DNA of 48,962 nt, filler included, from Sphacelaria rigidula (Eukaryota): assembly GCA_964200075.2 (NCBI GenBank). It is 3 parts of 3 records of this genome, joined end to end, with 100 filler letters (N's around TTAATTAATTAA, not from the genome) between each part and the next. Parts side by side here need not be neighbours in the genome. Positions count along the whole stretch, not along the records: positions 16,356 to 32,609 come from CAXNAA020001424.1; positions 32,710 to 48,962 come from CAXNAA020001425.1; 1 more part is not named here. One strand, given 5' to 3'. The translations under genes and the position numbers were made by a program. The notes under the pieces are model-generated. The model had not been told where the DNA came from, did no database searches, and saw only the letters and a program-made list of their open reading frames with translations. Shown one piece after another: positions 24,693-36,664 of the stretch. Every line of letters begins with the position of its first letter. The first letter of the stretch is position 1.

Positions 24693-26654
24693 CTTCAAGG
24701 ACATCACTCCGGAGTTGCGCGGATGGTGATAGCACATGTGTCCACTCGGCTGAAACAAATGTCCATTCTTTGCTGATCAGAAACGTCCTGTCCGTCAAAA
24801 ACTCAACCCCCATCTCTGCTCCTCACCCGGAAGATGGGTGTCATTACCTACGGTGGGATCACCTGTATTCCCGCAGGGAATCTTGGATTCGTTCTCTCAT
24901 GCTCGGAGGCCCTCAACATCGCAGGTGCTCTTGTTGAAAGGGCTCGTTATAATCATCTGTACAAAACCGAACTAGGCGAAAAATGCCACATTGCTCTGAA
25001 ATTTGGAAATATGTTTTTTCAAAATATCTCGGTTGGCTCTCTCGCGTTTTCGTGACATTATTGGGAAGCCTCTGACCACAGCCCCGAGAGAAGCCCACCC
25101 ACGATGTTTGGGGCGTTTGGGTGTAAGAGAACACATCGTAAGAGAACACATACCAGTTTTCCCGCTCTATTATGGAAGCATGCTTCTACTAACCCCAAGA
25201 ACAACGAGAAAACACAGGTTGAGCCTGTAACAACTGTGGAACATAGCTTCAAACTTCACACAGATGTGCGCAATGACTGTACGCACCACTTTCATTCGTC
25301 ACGTATCGGGTTCTAACACGGGGTTGGACGTTGGCGACCATGTTCGATTATGTGATACTGTTGGTTATTTCCCACCAAAATCGGGTTACCTCGATCGTTG
25401 TTCTCCGCTGCTCCGCGTGCGCCGAGGCGCCGCATGGCAGATCGGGTGTAGTTTAATCTTCAGCACTCAGGTTGTGTGCATGTGCAAACCACGCAAGACT
25501 GCGAAAATTGTACACATATATGAAGCGAGACACTACACAGTCACATAGTCGTGGCTTGTGTGCACTACCCTCAAGGCACCGCAGTGCCACGTGCTATACT
25601 GTGATACAATGCGCGTGTAAGGTAAATGGTGCGGCAGACGGGACACCCGCAGTCTATCCGTATATATGCCTGCCGCTGCAGAGCACGCAGCAACGAGCGA
25701 AGACGTGGGACGGGTCCCTGAAATTGAGAATGTCTTGGCTTGTGTTGACCGTCGTTGGACCCTGCAGCAGTACGGATTTTCTCTGTACTGTACTGTGTAC
25801 TGTAGTACAGTATTTTCACTGCATAAGGTATGGTACAGATATGTTCTGTGCATATTTGAGTATCGTCTGGCAGAGCGGGGGGCGGGGGGCGGCGAGACGT
25901 GTCTGCTGTTGGTGGGCATGCTACGGTACCCACCTTATTTTGTAAGATTTGGACTAATGACGAGATAGCCCCCCAACAAAACGTGCATCGACGACCGTCC
26001 GACAAACCGGCTGCGATCTCACTATTGGGCTCATTTGCAGCAATCTTGCTCACATCAGAGGCGTCTAGCACTCCGTAATCAGCTATGACGCTCAAATGAC
26101 TCGCGTCGTGCAGCGCGAAACCAGCTCTAACGACATTTATGATCATCGCCTCCGTGCACGTTTTTGGCCGGTTCGGGGGAGGCTACCTCGGCAGCAGTCT
26201 TTGTCTTTTTATTACTTGAAATTTCAATAATCTGGTAGTATCGATGAAATGAAATATACGAACGCTACAGCACCTGCATGTTTGTCCAGATTCTGTCATG
26301 GGCAATGATGACCGAACATACTTTTCGGGGAAAACGTACTATATCGACGATGCATGATACCCTGGAACGTGCGGCTCTTTTCGATACACAGTATTGTTCT
26401 CCAGGTTATCCATTTCAAACATTCACCGAGATGCCGCTGCTTCCCTCCGCTCCCCGACACCATTCCTTTACCGCTTGCTCGTTATCAGGGACGGGGTGTG
26501 TTTTTGTTGCTGAGATTTGCGGATTAAGTACTGGAACGGCCAGCGTAGTACGGCTTCTTAAATACTGTTCTAATCAAGCAACTGCTTTCGACAGCATTCA
26601 CTGTCATCGACGGGAGTTTTTCATCGCTGCCATAAAGCGAGGGTCGGCTGAAGC

Positions 26655-28325
26655 ATGGAGAGTGGCGACATAGACGCGGAATCGACCGCGCCTTATGCGC
26701 CTCTCGGGGGTGCACCCAGCGGAAAGAACCGGACCGCCATACCCGACACGTGTCTGACGCAAGGTGCTAGACGTGGTCCGGAGGGAAGCAGCAACATCAC
26801 GATGTTGTCCACCGTACCCGCTGCGGCGGAGGTGTCTGACGCAGGCACAAATGGTTGCAGTAGCCAAGAATACCTCGAATATTCTTCGATGGGGGTGGTG
26901 GACCGACGGACCGGCAGATCGCACGGCATTGACGGTCCTGTGGCGAAACGTCGATGTGCGACACCAGGTTGCCCCACAATCCCCAAGTTCGCTGTTGAGG
27001 GCAGCGAGAACAGGCAATTTTGTGTTCGGCACAAAACTACTGGGATGGTAAACGTCTTCAGAAAAGTATGTGAGTTTGAAGGCTGCTCCAGATTCGCGAC
27101 GTACGGTATGAAGGGTGGTACTAGGATCGAGCAATTTTGCGCTCAACATGCCCCAGCAGGGATGGTACATCTCTATGCTAAGACTTGCGGCTGGCAAGAC
27201 TGCCGAGTAGTAGCGTCGTTTGGCCCAAGGGACAGCAAGAAGGCGGAGCGTTGTTCGAAACACAAGGTTGCCGGAATGTTGAACGTGTTGGTCAGGCGTT
27301 GCGCCCACCAAGGCTGTTATACCCAGCCGTCATACGGGGTTCCCGGCAGTCGAAAGGCTCTATTCTGCTCCAAGCACTCCGAAGACGGAATGGTCAGTGT
27401 GCTAGGTAAGGATTGCTTCCACGAAGGGTGCTCAAAGCGACGGTCATATGGAATGCCAGGAAGCAGGAAAGTGGAGTTTTGTGCGGAGCACGCTCCTGAC
27501 GGGATGGTCAACCTCGCCGCCGCTTGCATGCACGACGGCTGCTTTACGCGGCGGTTTTACGGAGTGGACGGCAGCCGAACACGCAAATTTTGCAAGGAGC
27601 ACGCTCTTGAAGGAATGGTGGCAATACCAAACAAGCGCAGTCCAGCAAATGGACAACACTGCCGCGCCCAAGACTGTAGTAGAAGCGCGTCTTACGGAAT
27701 GGCCGGCAGCAAGACATGGATATTTTGCAGTCATCACGCCACGGACGGCATGTTGAAGATGGTGAAGAAGCGATGCAGTAAAGAAGGGTGCGCCAAACAA
27801 GCGTTGTCTGGCGTTGTTGGTGCCGCCAAACAAGAAGAGTTCTGCGGCCAGCACAAGGAAGAGATGGTGAACGAGGCCTTCATCAAGTGCTCACATTCGA
27901 GCTGCACCAGTCGGACGATCACAAACACAAGAAACGTGCCGCTTTCCGCTGAACACACCTCCCAAGAAACGTTCGCCGTTGAGGGTGACTTCTCTCGGTC
28001 TCGAGGCGGTAGTTCCAGCAGTGCAAATGATGTTGATGAGCTGGAAAGCGATGCGATGTTCAGCACTGCGAACTCCACCGCCATCGCGCGGAACGGTGTT
28101 GAGGCCGCGGTTTTGAAGACAAGCGGCGGCTATAGCTGCACCCTGGAAGTCGGGCATGCCCCCAAGACCGATTTATTGCATTCTGAGCACGAACAATCAC
28201 CACGCCGTCACCCCGTCATCGGGGATCGTCACCTCTCATATCAACTACAGCAAAGGGTGAAGACTGACGTGGACGCTGGTCCCAGGGACACGATGAAAAT
28301 CTGCCACGTCACTGGTGTACCGTAG
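26655..28325 (+). CDS. EsV-1-7 cysteine-rich repeat protein (556 aa, intronless ORF)
   Basis: Eight complete plus one partial ~38-aa repeats of the form C-x4-C-x3-[AP]-x-[FY]-G-x2-G-x5-F-C-x2-H-x3-G-M-V, the EsV-1-7 repeat of phaeoviruses and brown algae; low-complexity N- and C-terminal flanks. Confidence 0.92.
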   Translation: MESGDIDAESTAPYAPLGGAPSGKNRTAIPDTCLTQGARRGPEGSSNITMLSTVPAAAEVSDAGTNGCSSQEYLEYSSMGVVDRRTGRSHGIDGPVAKRRCATPGCPTIPKFAVEGSENRQFCVRHKTTGMVNVFRKVCEFEGCSRFATYGMKGGTRIEQFCAQHAPAGMVHLYAKTCGWQDCRVVASFGPRDSKKAERCSKHKVAGMLNVLVRRCAHQGCYTQPSYGVPGSRKALFCSKHSEDGMVSVLGKDCFHEGCSKRRSYGMPGSRKVEFCAEHAPDGMVNLAAACMHDGCFTRRFYGVDGSRTRKFCKEHALEGMVAIPNKRSPANGQHCRAQDCSRSASYGMAGSKTWIFCSHHATDGMLKMVKKRCSKEGCAKQALSGVVGAAKQEEFCGQHKEEMVNEAFIKCSHSSCTSRTITNTRNVPLSAEHTSQETFAVEGDFSRSRGGSSSSANDVDELESDAMFSTANSTAIARNGVEAAVLKTSGGYSCTLEVGHAPKTDLLHSEHEQSPRRHPVIGDRHLSYQLQQRVKTDVDAGPRDTMKICHVTGVP

Positions 28326-28828
28326 TCAAGCTCAGACATTGTGTTTCGTGTACACAAACGTGGAGCAGGTACTCCCGTCGCGGACGTGCGTCGTTGACGA
28401 CGGAGAGCAGATTCCTTTGGGGTAAAGCATCCCGGGGTGTGTACGTCAACAGCCCCCCCGCAAACTCTGCCAACGAATACATCAGCACAGCAATGGGATG
28501 CCGCGTTGGGAAAACAAGGGCGGGGGGCGAATGGCGGTCGCGGTTCAACAATTGGCTGTTCTACGCGTTTCAACACCGCGCATCTTATGGGGATTGAATT
28601 TCTATGTTGGGATTTTTCAGCTTCGAGTTAATCGACACCAGCTGTAGCCCTCAAAAGGCTAGTGTCTCGCTAACGCATGTCGTGATAACAATGTGTAACG
28701 TTACGGGGAAGGATGTTGCTCGAATTGTTAGATTTGGTAAAAACCCCAGAATTTCGAAAACGAGTACGAGCAAAAATCCGACCGGAAGCAAGGAAGTAGT
28801 AGCTCCCACAGAGGTTAAAAAGGCACAC

Positions 28829-29960
28829 TTTCGAATATAGTACTCAAATCTCGTGACGTGCCGATTCTGCAAGGGTTTGGAACACGTGATTTTACAATTT
28901 GGGGATGGATTTTTCACTGGGTATGAGAACCCGGAGAGTTGAAATCTCCGTATCCACAACAAACATTCGAAATGTGGTTCCATTTCTATATTCGCTAGTA
29001 GCTTTTGACATCTACTATACGTCGTACAAATTTGGATTTCGATAACCGAAATGTTGGGGTCCTGGATGAAACAATTTTGACGAAATTTAGGTGATCGGTG
29101 TTTCAAACCCTTGCAAAATTGGCACGTCACGAGATTTGAGGACGATGATATTCGAAAGTGTGTTATTTCAACCCCCATGAGAGATACTGATTCTTTTCGT
29201 TTGACTCATGAAAAAACACTTTTCCAAGAACACTGGAGAGAGCAGAAAATCCCTCGAGCGCCAAGAGAACTTCACCGTTCCGCTTTTCACTTTTGAATAG
29301 CTGACAGGAATGGGTACAGGCCGTTCCAACACATTTCTGTCTCCTGTTTGTTCCATTTTCTCTGTCTTTTATTTTGCTTATCGCCTTGATACTTTTCTGA
29401 TCCAGAGAGCATCGGTACCACGAGAAAAAATTATTAGACGAATGAAATTCAAGTTTTCTCTCGAGCGACAAGAGATATTCATTCCGATCCTCTTAGCTGG
29501 CAACATCGGTTGTATGTCGTTCCAAATTCACGAAGTAACACGGGATCTTACAAATTGGGGATGAGAAACCCGGAGAGTTAAAATCTTCGTATCCACACCG
29601 AATCTTCGAAATACGGTTCCATTTCTTCACGTACTGATAGCTATTGATAACTGTTACACGTCATGGAAATTTGGATTTCGATAACCGAAAGGTTGGGGTC
29701 CTAGGTGAAAAATCAATGATGGGGAATTCCGGGTGTCCGAACAGACGCCAAAATGTTTCCGAAATTAGTTTTTGACCTAGGACCCCAACATTTTGGTGGT
29801 CGGAATCCGAATCTCTATGGCGTATAGCAGTTGTCAATGGCTATCAGTAGGTGAAGAAATGGAACATATTTCGAAAATTTGGTGTGGATACGAAGATTTT
29901 AATTCTCCGGGTTTCTCATCCCCAATAAAAGATCCATCCCCAATTTGTAAGATCCCGTGT
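28829..29960. repeat. Cluster of inverted repeats / MITE remnants
   Basis: 28829-28884 pairs with 29098-29160; 29537-29718 pairs with 29764-29960; same family as 7100-7400. Confidence 0.7.
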
Positions 29961-30386
29961 TGAGTGAATTTGGTTTCTGCTCCGGGTAGACATTCGACGT
30001 ACCGGTTTTTTGCGGCTTGATTTTCGCGACTCGATATTATCGACTTTAGTTTCGCCATGAATCCCACTCTTGAACCCCTGTTGATTTCGCTTCTTCGGGG
30101 AAATCTTTATCGAACAAAACCCGAACGCATCTTGCACACGTGGACAGATAGCACGCTGTAGGACGTGCTGCACGGGGTTCTACACAGTCTTTTGTGAGAA
30201 ACCCTGCAGGAAAAGCTATTCAAAACAGATACCTTTCTCGCGCAATTTATGTGGGCAAAAAAAGGATTGATTTCGAACAGCAGAAGAACCGGTTCAAAAT
30301 AGCTTCTTTTTTTGCCCATTCAAATTGGGCAGGAAAGGATTTATTCCGAACAGCCTTTTCTGCTGCACAAATCCCATGCTCACTGG

Positions 30387-32135
30387 ATCCGCCAATTCCA
30401 CGACGGTATGCAGGCTCGCGTACGCATGGGCGACGGGGAGCTCTCACAGTGCTTTGAAGTCACACAGGGACTGCGACAAGGATGTGTACTGTCTCCCCNN
30501 NNNNNNNNCTCTCTCAGTGTTTTGTAGTCACACAGGTATTGTGACAAGGATGTGTACTGTCTCCCCTGCTGTTCAACATCTTCGCGGCAGTGCTCGAGAT
30601 AGTCCTCGTGCGAGTCAGCGAGGATGATACCATCATGAAGGACATGGTATATCTCGACGAGGAGACGAGGAGGGGGGCGGAGACACCGCTGAAACGTGTA
30701 CGGAGAGCGGTGTGGGGAATGCTATATGCCGACGATGTTGGCATCACCTTGAGATCCCCCGGCGGGCTGGTGAGGATGATGACCATCATAGTAGACGTGT
30801 TTGGGGCCTTTGGACTGACCGTATCGGAGATGAAGACAGAGACTCTCTTGATGCGAGTGCCGAGGCAAGCACCAAAGAACGGGGAGTCACCGACACCATC
30901 TCCCCCACCGCTGATCATCGAAGCATCGGGCCAGAAACACGCCCAGAAAAGCAGTTTTCGATACTTGGGCAGCCTCTTCAACGAAGAGGGCGAACTCAAG
31001 CAAGAAATCAAGAATTGGAGCAGAGCAGCGTGGGCGTGCGTCAGGAAGTTTTCCCGGGAGCTCTTTGACCCACCGAAAGCACCCTGGAGACTCATGGTCC
31101 GACTGCTGAAAGCGGAGGCGATGGAGCCCTTACTATACGGATGCATGACGTGGGCTCCACGCCGCCAACACTACGACTTGCTGAGAAAGGTGCACTACCG
31201 GCTCCTCCTGCGAGTCATCGGGTACCGCCGAGTGCGCGGCACATACCGACAGCTGTCGTATGCACAGGCCCTCAAGAAGATCGGATGCCAAAGTGCGGAA
31301 GCCATCGTCCGGCAACGACGACTGCTGTTCGCGGGAGCCCTGGCTAGACGACCGGACGGACGATTACGGAAGCGAATAGCATTCGGAACACTAGTCGGGG
31401 GGGAGGATCCAGGACCGGGGTGCCCGGAACAAAACTAGCTGAAGTGCCTGAGGGACGATCTCCATGCTTTCGGAGCCACAGACGGCTCTACGGATGACAA
31501 CCGCCAGACATTCAGAATTGACCGCGCCCTATGGACCTCAGGGGCAAATGAGGAGAGGGGTTGCCGTGGCAAGCGGGAGTGCTGCAAGGAGCGGAGAGGT
31601 TCATGACCTCATGGCACAGAAATGAAGAGGAGGCCAGCCGACTGCGTGCGATTGGACGGGAGACCAACGAAGCCCAGATAGCACAGCAATAACGACGGTC
31701 CAGAGAAGGGGGGGGGGTGGAGGGTGAAACCCCCCGATGAGGGGTGTGGTTATGTCATGCAGTGTTTGTCTTGATACACCTGGTACATATGCTTGTACGT
31801 ATGGCTGTCCCTCGAGAGGTCGAAAGATGGAATCTTGAGATTCTTAGTTCTTTGGTTGGCGGTACTTGGGACCTCGAGTCTCACCCGTAGTCGGACCCCA
31901 TGTTCATTTCTACTTTGCGTCGCGCGTCGAGTTGGAAAGCCGGGTGTCACCCCCTGAAGTCCGAATGGCCACCTGCGGCACCGGATCTTCTGAGGTCAGC
32001 CATATGTAACCTCCTTCCCCTTTGTTATTTATCCCTGTTTTGCTTGTACGAGTATCGCGTTTTGTGAGTTTTAATCTGGGTCTATGTTTTCTTCTTCTTT
32101 TTTGCTAGCCTGTGACCACGGAAGGCGTCCGCATC
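30387..32135 (+). mobile_element. 5'-truncated, inactive non-LTR retrotransposon (RTE-like LINE): reverse transcriptase C-terminal half plus 3' UTR
   Basis: RT motifs [28 protein letters not shown], LLYGCxTW; premature TAG at 31436-31438 and a frameshift near 31560; coding remnant ends near 31692; T-rich tail near 32085-32104. 3' boundary approximate. Confidence 0.9.
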
Positions 32136-32609
32136 AGCAGTGTTATTCCTTCTCGATAATATGGAGGCATGATTGCCGCAGAATATGTACGGAGTACCTT
32201 CTGGTAGATACTGTCATGTTTCGAGGTTTCAATTGTCTGAGCCCAAGACTGGACATCATCACGGAAAGAGGGGTGGACACCTCCAGCATCAAGAGCTCGC
32301 CTCACGGGTGGATTGCGAGGGTGGAGGAAGCTGCATCACTTACGAGTTATGTAACAGCATAAATTGCAAGCGATTTCTACTGAAAAATCGTGCCGCTTTG
32401 ATAGTACACGACGAAGTTCGTGGAGGGTTATGTACATGCAGGCCCCACCCCGTGCGCACTGGTCTGAACACATATGAAACAGTACAGTACAGCACATCAT
32501 ATGCTGCTTACGGCCTGTGTTTTACTGCGCACCACCCGCAGCAGTAAGGCCTGTAGCGGTACAACGTGCTCGATGCTGTGAGTGAAATCCGCCTCCGCTG
32601 CTATCCGCT

Positions 32610-32709
32610 NNNNNNNNNNNNNNNNNNNNNNNNNNNNNNNNNNNNNNNNNNNNTTAATTAATTAANNNNNNNNNNNNNNNNNNNNNNNNNNNNNNNNNNN
32701 NNNNNNNNN
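32610..32709. other. Artificial scaffold linker (44 N + TTAATTAATTAA + 44 N)
   Basis: Identical structure to 16256-16355. Confidence 0.95.
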
Positions 32710-33027
32710 TTCCAGCTTCGTTTCGCTGCTGCTGTTTTATCCGTCCCGGCGTACACTTCAGGGGTGACTCGAGTCTGCGAGCCAATCACGAACATTTTTC
32801 ACTACATAATTCAGTACGAAGGTCGTATTTCATTGGCCCTAGATTCCGCCGATTCCTCACTGAAGGGCCTGTGATTGGTTGATTTTTACACTCCACTACA
32901 AAATATATATCCCCATGTATGGGCGTTGTGCCGTTTTGAAGTGATTTTGTATGGGCGTTGTGCCGTTTTGAAGTGATTTGGTCAGCCATTGAGATATTCG
33001 CGTTCGTGAAGGGAAAAAAACACTCAC

Positions 33028-33107
33028 ATAGACATGGCCTCCGCGGCGGCAGTTGCCTCATCCAGGAGTGACGCGTTCGACATGTCCATGCCCGTTAGCT
33101 CAGCGAC
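33028..33107 (-). CDS. GLDC: Glycine dehydrogenase (decarboxylating), glycine cleavage P protein, exon 6 (VAELTGMDMSNASLLDEATAAAEAMS); remainder of the gene not in window
   Basis: aag| acceptor, AT|GTGAGT donor; NASLLDEATAAAEAM is the conserved P-protein motif. Confidence 0.95.
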
Positions 33108-33606
33108 CTTTGTTGACACATCAAGTTCCATCAAAATATCATCAGCGACAGTTCCCGGAGGCAAATACTTTTCGATGAAGAGCAAGTTGCAGGCATTTTT
33201 CTGCGGTGCGGGAAATGGCATCCGCCAAAACCATTTCACACGCTAAATCGGTTCATGAAAGTCTGCGTCACACGAAACTCTCATATTTCTGAGATGACAC
33301 ACCCTCCTACGACCATGGTCACGCTACGGCAGAGGCACACGGCTCCTCGAGAACACTCGAGGCAAACATTGTGTGTAGCAATTTCACAGACACGTTCACC
33401 CCCCCCCCCTTTTCATCTACTCATCATCATGACTATGTCATGTATCATCATGAGTACACCCTCCCCACCGCCTGTGCTCCGTCTCGAAATTAATGTGTGG
33501 GCGTCATATGATCAAGGCAGGCGAAAAATGAGTAGACTCCCCCCCCCTCCACTCCCCACCATCCCTCCACTGACTCGTATCCCCACCGACCAGCACCAAC
33601 ACTGAC

Positions 33607-33768
33607 CATGGTCTGGAAGTTGAGAAGGGACTGCAGACGCCCCTGCGAGATCTCAGCTTGGTAGGGGGTGTAAGCGGTGTACCAGCCGGGGTTCTCGAGC
33701 ATGTTGCGAAGGATCACGGGTGGAGTGGTCGTCTCGTAGTACCCCATGCCAATGAAGTTCTTCATCAC
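33607..33768 (-). CDS. GLDC: Glycine cleavage P protein, exon 5 ([11 protein letters not shown]...[30 protein letters not shown])
   Basis: cag| acceptor, |GTCAGT donor, 162 bp; [17 protein letters not shown] is diagnostic of GcvP/GLDC. Confidence 0.97.
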
Positions 33769-34541
33769 CTGCGGAGGGCATCCATCCATTTCATTCATCC
33801 ATCAGCAGCAAGGTAAGAGAAGGGGTTTCTTCGTATACTAAAAAAAAGTATCTGCCCCACAATTCCCAAAGTGAGGGACAACCCTTCGTTCGGTCTGAAT
33901 AGTCACAAAAAATACTTGCAACACATGCTGCGCGCATCAGAATCCTCCGTTAGATTTCCTACTTTTGGGCCATTTGAGAATATTTTCCACTCTACGAGTG
34001 GAAAATGTCGCCGCCACTTGTCCTCGAGATACTACACGGTACTTCACCCATGACGTCTACCGCAGGGGACAGTCCGGATTGCTGGGTTCCAAGGTGTTGG
34101 AAGACCATTTTTCATATAACACGCATTCGGGGATTGTCATTTTGAAAAAAAAATCGAGGGACGGGGGAAGCCGAAAAGCAAACGAATTTCTTCTCAGATG
34201 TGTACGAATGAAGAGCGAGCGGCTGGAAGGAAGTACAGACAAGTTTCGAGTAAAAATACATCAAGCGCAGATACGAAGATGGAAGGTCGGTGGCGACTCA
34301 TGATCCGCTTGGAAGGGGACATATGACTTGCTTCGGAAACTGGAAAAAGACAGCAGTCACATCTTCTTGGACAAGTGTATCAATCACACGTCAGAGTCAA
34401 GGAGACTCAATTACAGCCCATACTGCTCGAGACAGACTCTCAACTTCGGACTTCGGTTGTGGATTCATTAAAATCATGTCTAATTACCCACATTTTCTCC
34501 CTCTCCCTCCCCTCCCTCCCCCCGCTTCCTCGCCATCCTAC

Positions 34542-34616
34542 CTTGTTCTTATCAGCGATTGCACGAAGCTTCGCGAGGGCTTCGCTCTCGGATAACGCCT
34601 CCTCCAAATCCAGAGG
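34542..34616 (-). CDS. GLDC: Glycine cleavage P protein, exon 4 (PLDLEEALSESEALAKLRAIADKNK)
   Basis: cag| acceptor, |GTAGGA donor, 75 bp, phase 0/0; conserved GcvP N-terminal segment. Confidence 0.93.
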
Positions 34617-34943
34617 CTGTTGGTACAACAGCGACGACAACAGAGCGGGATAAATAGGAGACAGCGTCACGTGACAGAAAACAGCGTTCCCACCGCCCGT
34701 CGGAGGGGATCGGTACTGCACTTTAAATCCACGCAAGGGAAAGTACAGACCAGAGCAAGAAGGCATCGGCGATACTGTTCGGACGGTCAGCACTACTACG
34801 TTCATCTGATTGGCGGCAACGTGGGTAGATCGCGTGCAGTGATCGTTACTTTACAATATCCCTGAAATACACACGCAAATGCAAGAATCTAGATGCTGAG
34901 CATGAGCGCGACGATGCACATCTGAGACATGACTCGCACAAAC

Positions 34944-35066
34944 CTTTTCGAGGCGAATGCTGTGCGGAACGGTTCTGTCGACAAGGTCGTCGAGCGACTT
35001 GACCCCGACATCCTTCATCATCACTTCGACATCCGCATCACTGGGGCCGATGTGCCTGCGCGCGAA
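34944..35066 (-). CDS. GLDC: Glycine cleavage P protein, exon 3 ([41 protein letters not shown])
   Basis: tag| acceptor, |GTTTGT donor, 123 bp; FxRRHIGP...SLDDLxxxTVPxxIR is the conserved start of the mature P protein. Confidence 0.95.
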
Positions 35067-36568
35067 CTATCACGAGTAGGGGGAAAAGTGGCAACGATGG
35101 AAACACAAGTCAGTAGCCGTCATTCTGACGAGGGACAGGAACAACGCTCCGCAGTGCGGTCGATTGTGTTCCAACAGTAACGAGCGCAGGAGGGGTGCGG
35201 GATGTTGACCATTTCAGATCTTCGTGAGTTTGACCACTTCTGAAAATTCGAGCGGCGTCCGGTACAGAATCCACGGTTGGGATAGGCAGAATGACGCCCA
35301 CCGACCCCCACTTGTTTGTAGAAGCAAGCGGGAAAACGGAGGTGACGGACCCCGGGGGTTGCAGCTGTCTGCTGAGAAATATGCGGCTTGTATTGTGCCG
35401 CCTATAGAGTCCAAACGTTAACGTAACCAACGGTTCACAACATTATAACTGTATGTGCAACCATTTCAACCAGAGCAGAAAAATGCGGCCCGGTTTTCGG
35501 GGTCTTAGTGCGATCTTCCATTCGGCATGGGTGCTGCTACTCCATGGTTGAACGGCGGTAATATTCGACGGCAGGTACAGTGGCACGGCAATGTGTAAAT
35601 GTCAAGGAGTGGTGTGCAGTGCCGCCAAGACTGAGCAGTTCCGGTGTGGATGATCGTGTTGTGTCAAACCCTTGGACCGCGATGCGGGTAGCCCATCCGG
35701 ATGACGACACTTCACTCAACTGAGATTGATGCCGATTCAGCAGGCGACCTACCGGGCCAAAGGGTTCAGCAGCACACAAAATGCGGTCGAATACAAGGCC
35801 CGTCATCATACAGACGCTGGACGCTGGATGGCACTTGACTAAAGTGCCGGAGTTGACCGCAGTTCAGCGTCAACATCCAATGGTTGCCGGGTCTTCAGAC
35901 ATTGGTCACTGACTCACAATCGACGCCTGCATTTCTCATGGATGAAGACGACGGTCACGAGAGACAACACCCCCTCCTCTCTAGACAAAAGAATCACCAT
36001 CTGTCAGTGGAGAGTGTCAACCGAAAGTCGGCGACATGATTTCGACAGCTGTCCTCGCCACACACAAGCTACTGCTAATACTGCGTATAGTGACTGGCGA
36101 CATCGCTTGGCACACGTCGTGCGAGAGAAAATCCGCCGCGAAAACGCACCACTTACCGAGAATAACGCCACCTGCAGACACGTTCCTCCATGTATTAAAA
36201 CACAGTAGTACATCGTCTGCCTGTGGTACGTCTGTGGATTATGTGCTCGTACCGAAACATTCCCGAAAGCAATGATCGAGATGAGAATCACCCCACTTTT
36301 CCGTTTCCGCTCATAATGTGTAGAGAGCATGGAAATTTGTCGCTCCTGCTCCCTGATATTTGTTGCTCGCGAGCAAATGACACGCTGCATCTACGTCGAG
36401 TTTGACGCGAGACCGCACGGATCAACCGTGCATGGAGATCAGGTACATCCGTATTTTTGGAAATGATACAACAGACGGTGTGCGATGAGGGTGGTAGTCA
36501 GTCGCCTCGACTCTGGATCCTTATCCGGTATCCTTGCCCATGTGACCGTGGTTGACAAAACAACTTAC

Positions 36569-36664
36569 CGTGTCTTTCGGCGCAAAAATCTCCTCCACAG
36601 AAGCCGAAAGAGGTCTCGCAATCCCGGCGGGTGCTCGCTTGCGCAACGAAGTTTGGAGCACGGC
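36569..36664 (-). CDS. GLDC: Glycine cleavage P protein, exon 2 (AVLQTSLRKRAPAGIARPLSASVEEIFAPKDT)
   Basis: cag| acceptor, |GTAAGT donor, 96 bp; joins as [15 protein letters not shown]; Arg/Ala/Ser-rich presequence-like segment. Confidence 0.85.

Noticed and set aside
26604-28157. Antisense ORFs over the EsV-1-7 gene (and 30514-31146 over the RT)
   Set aside because: Shadow frames of the real coding strand.
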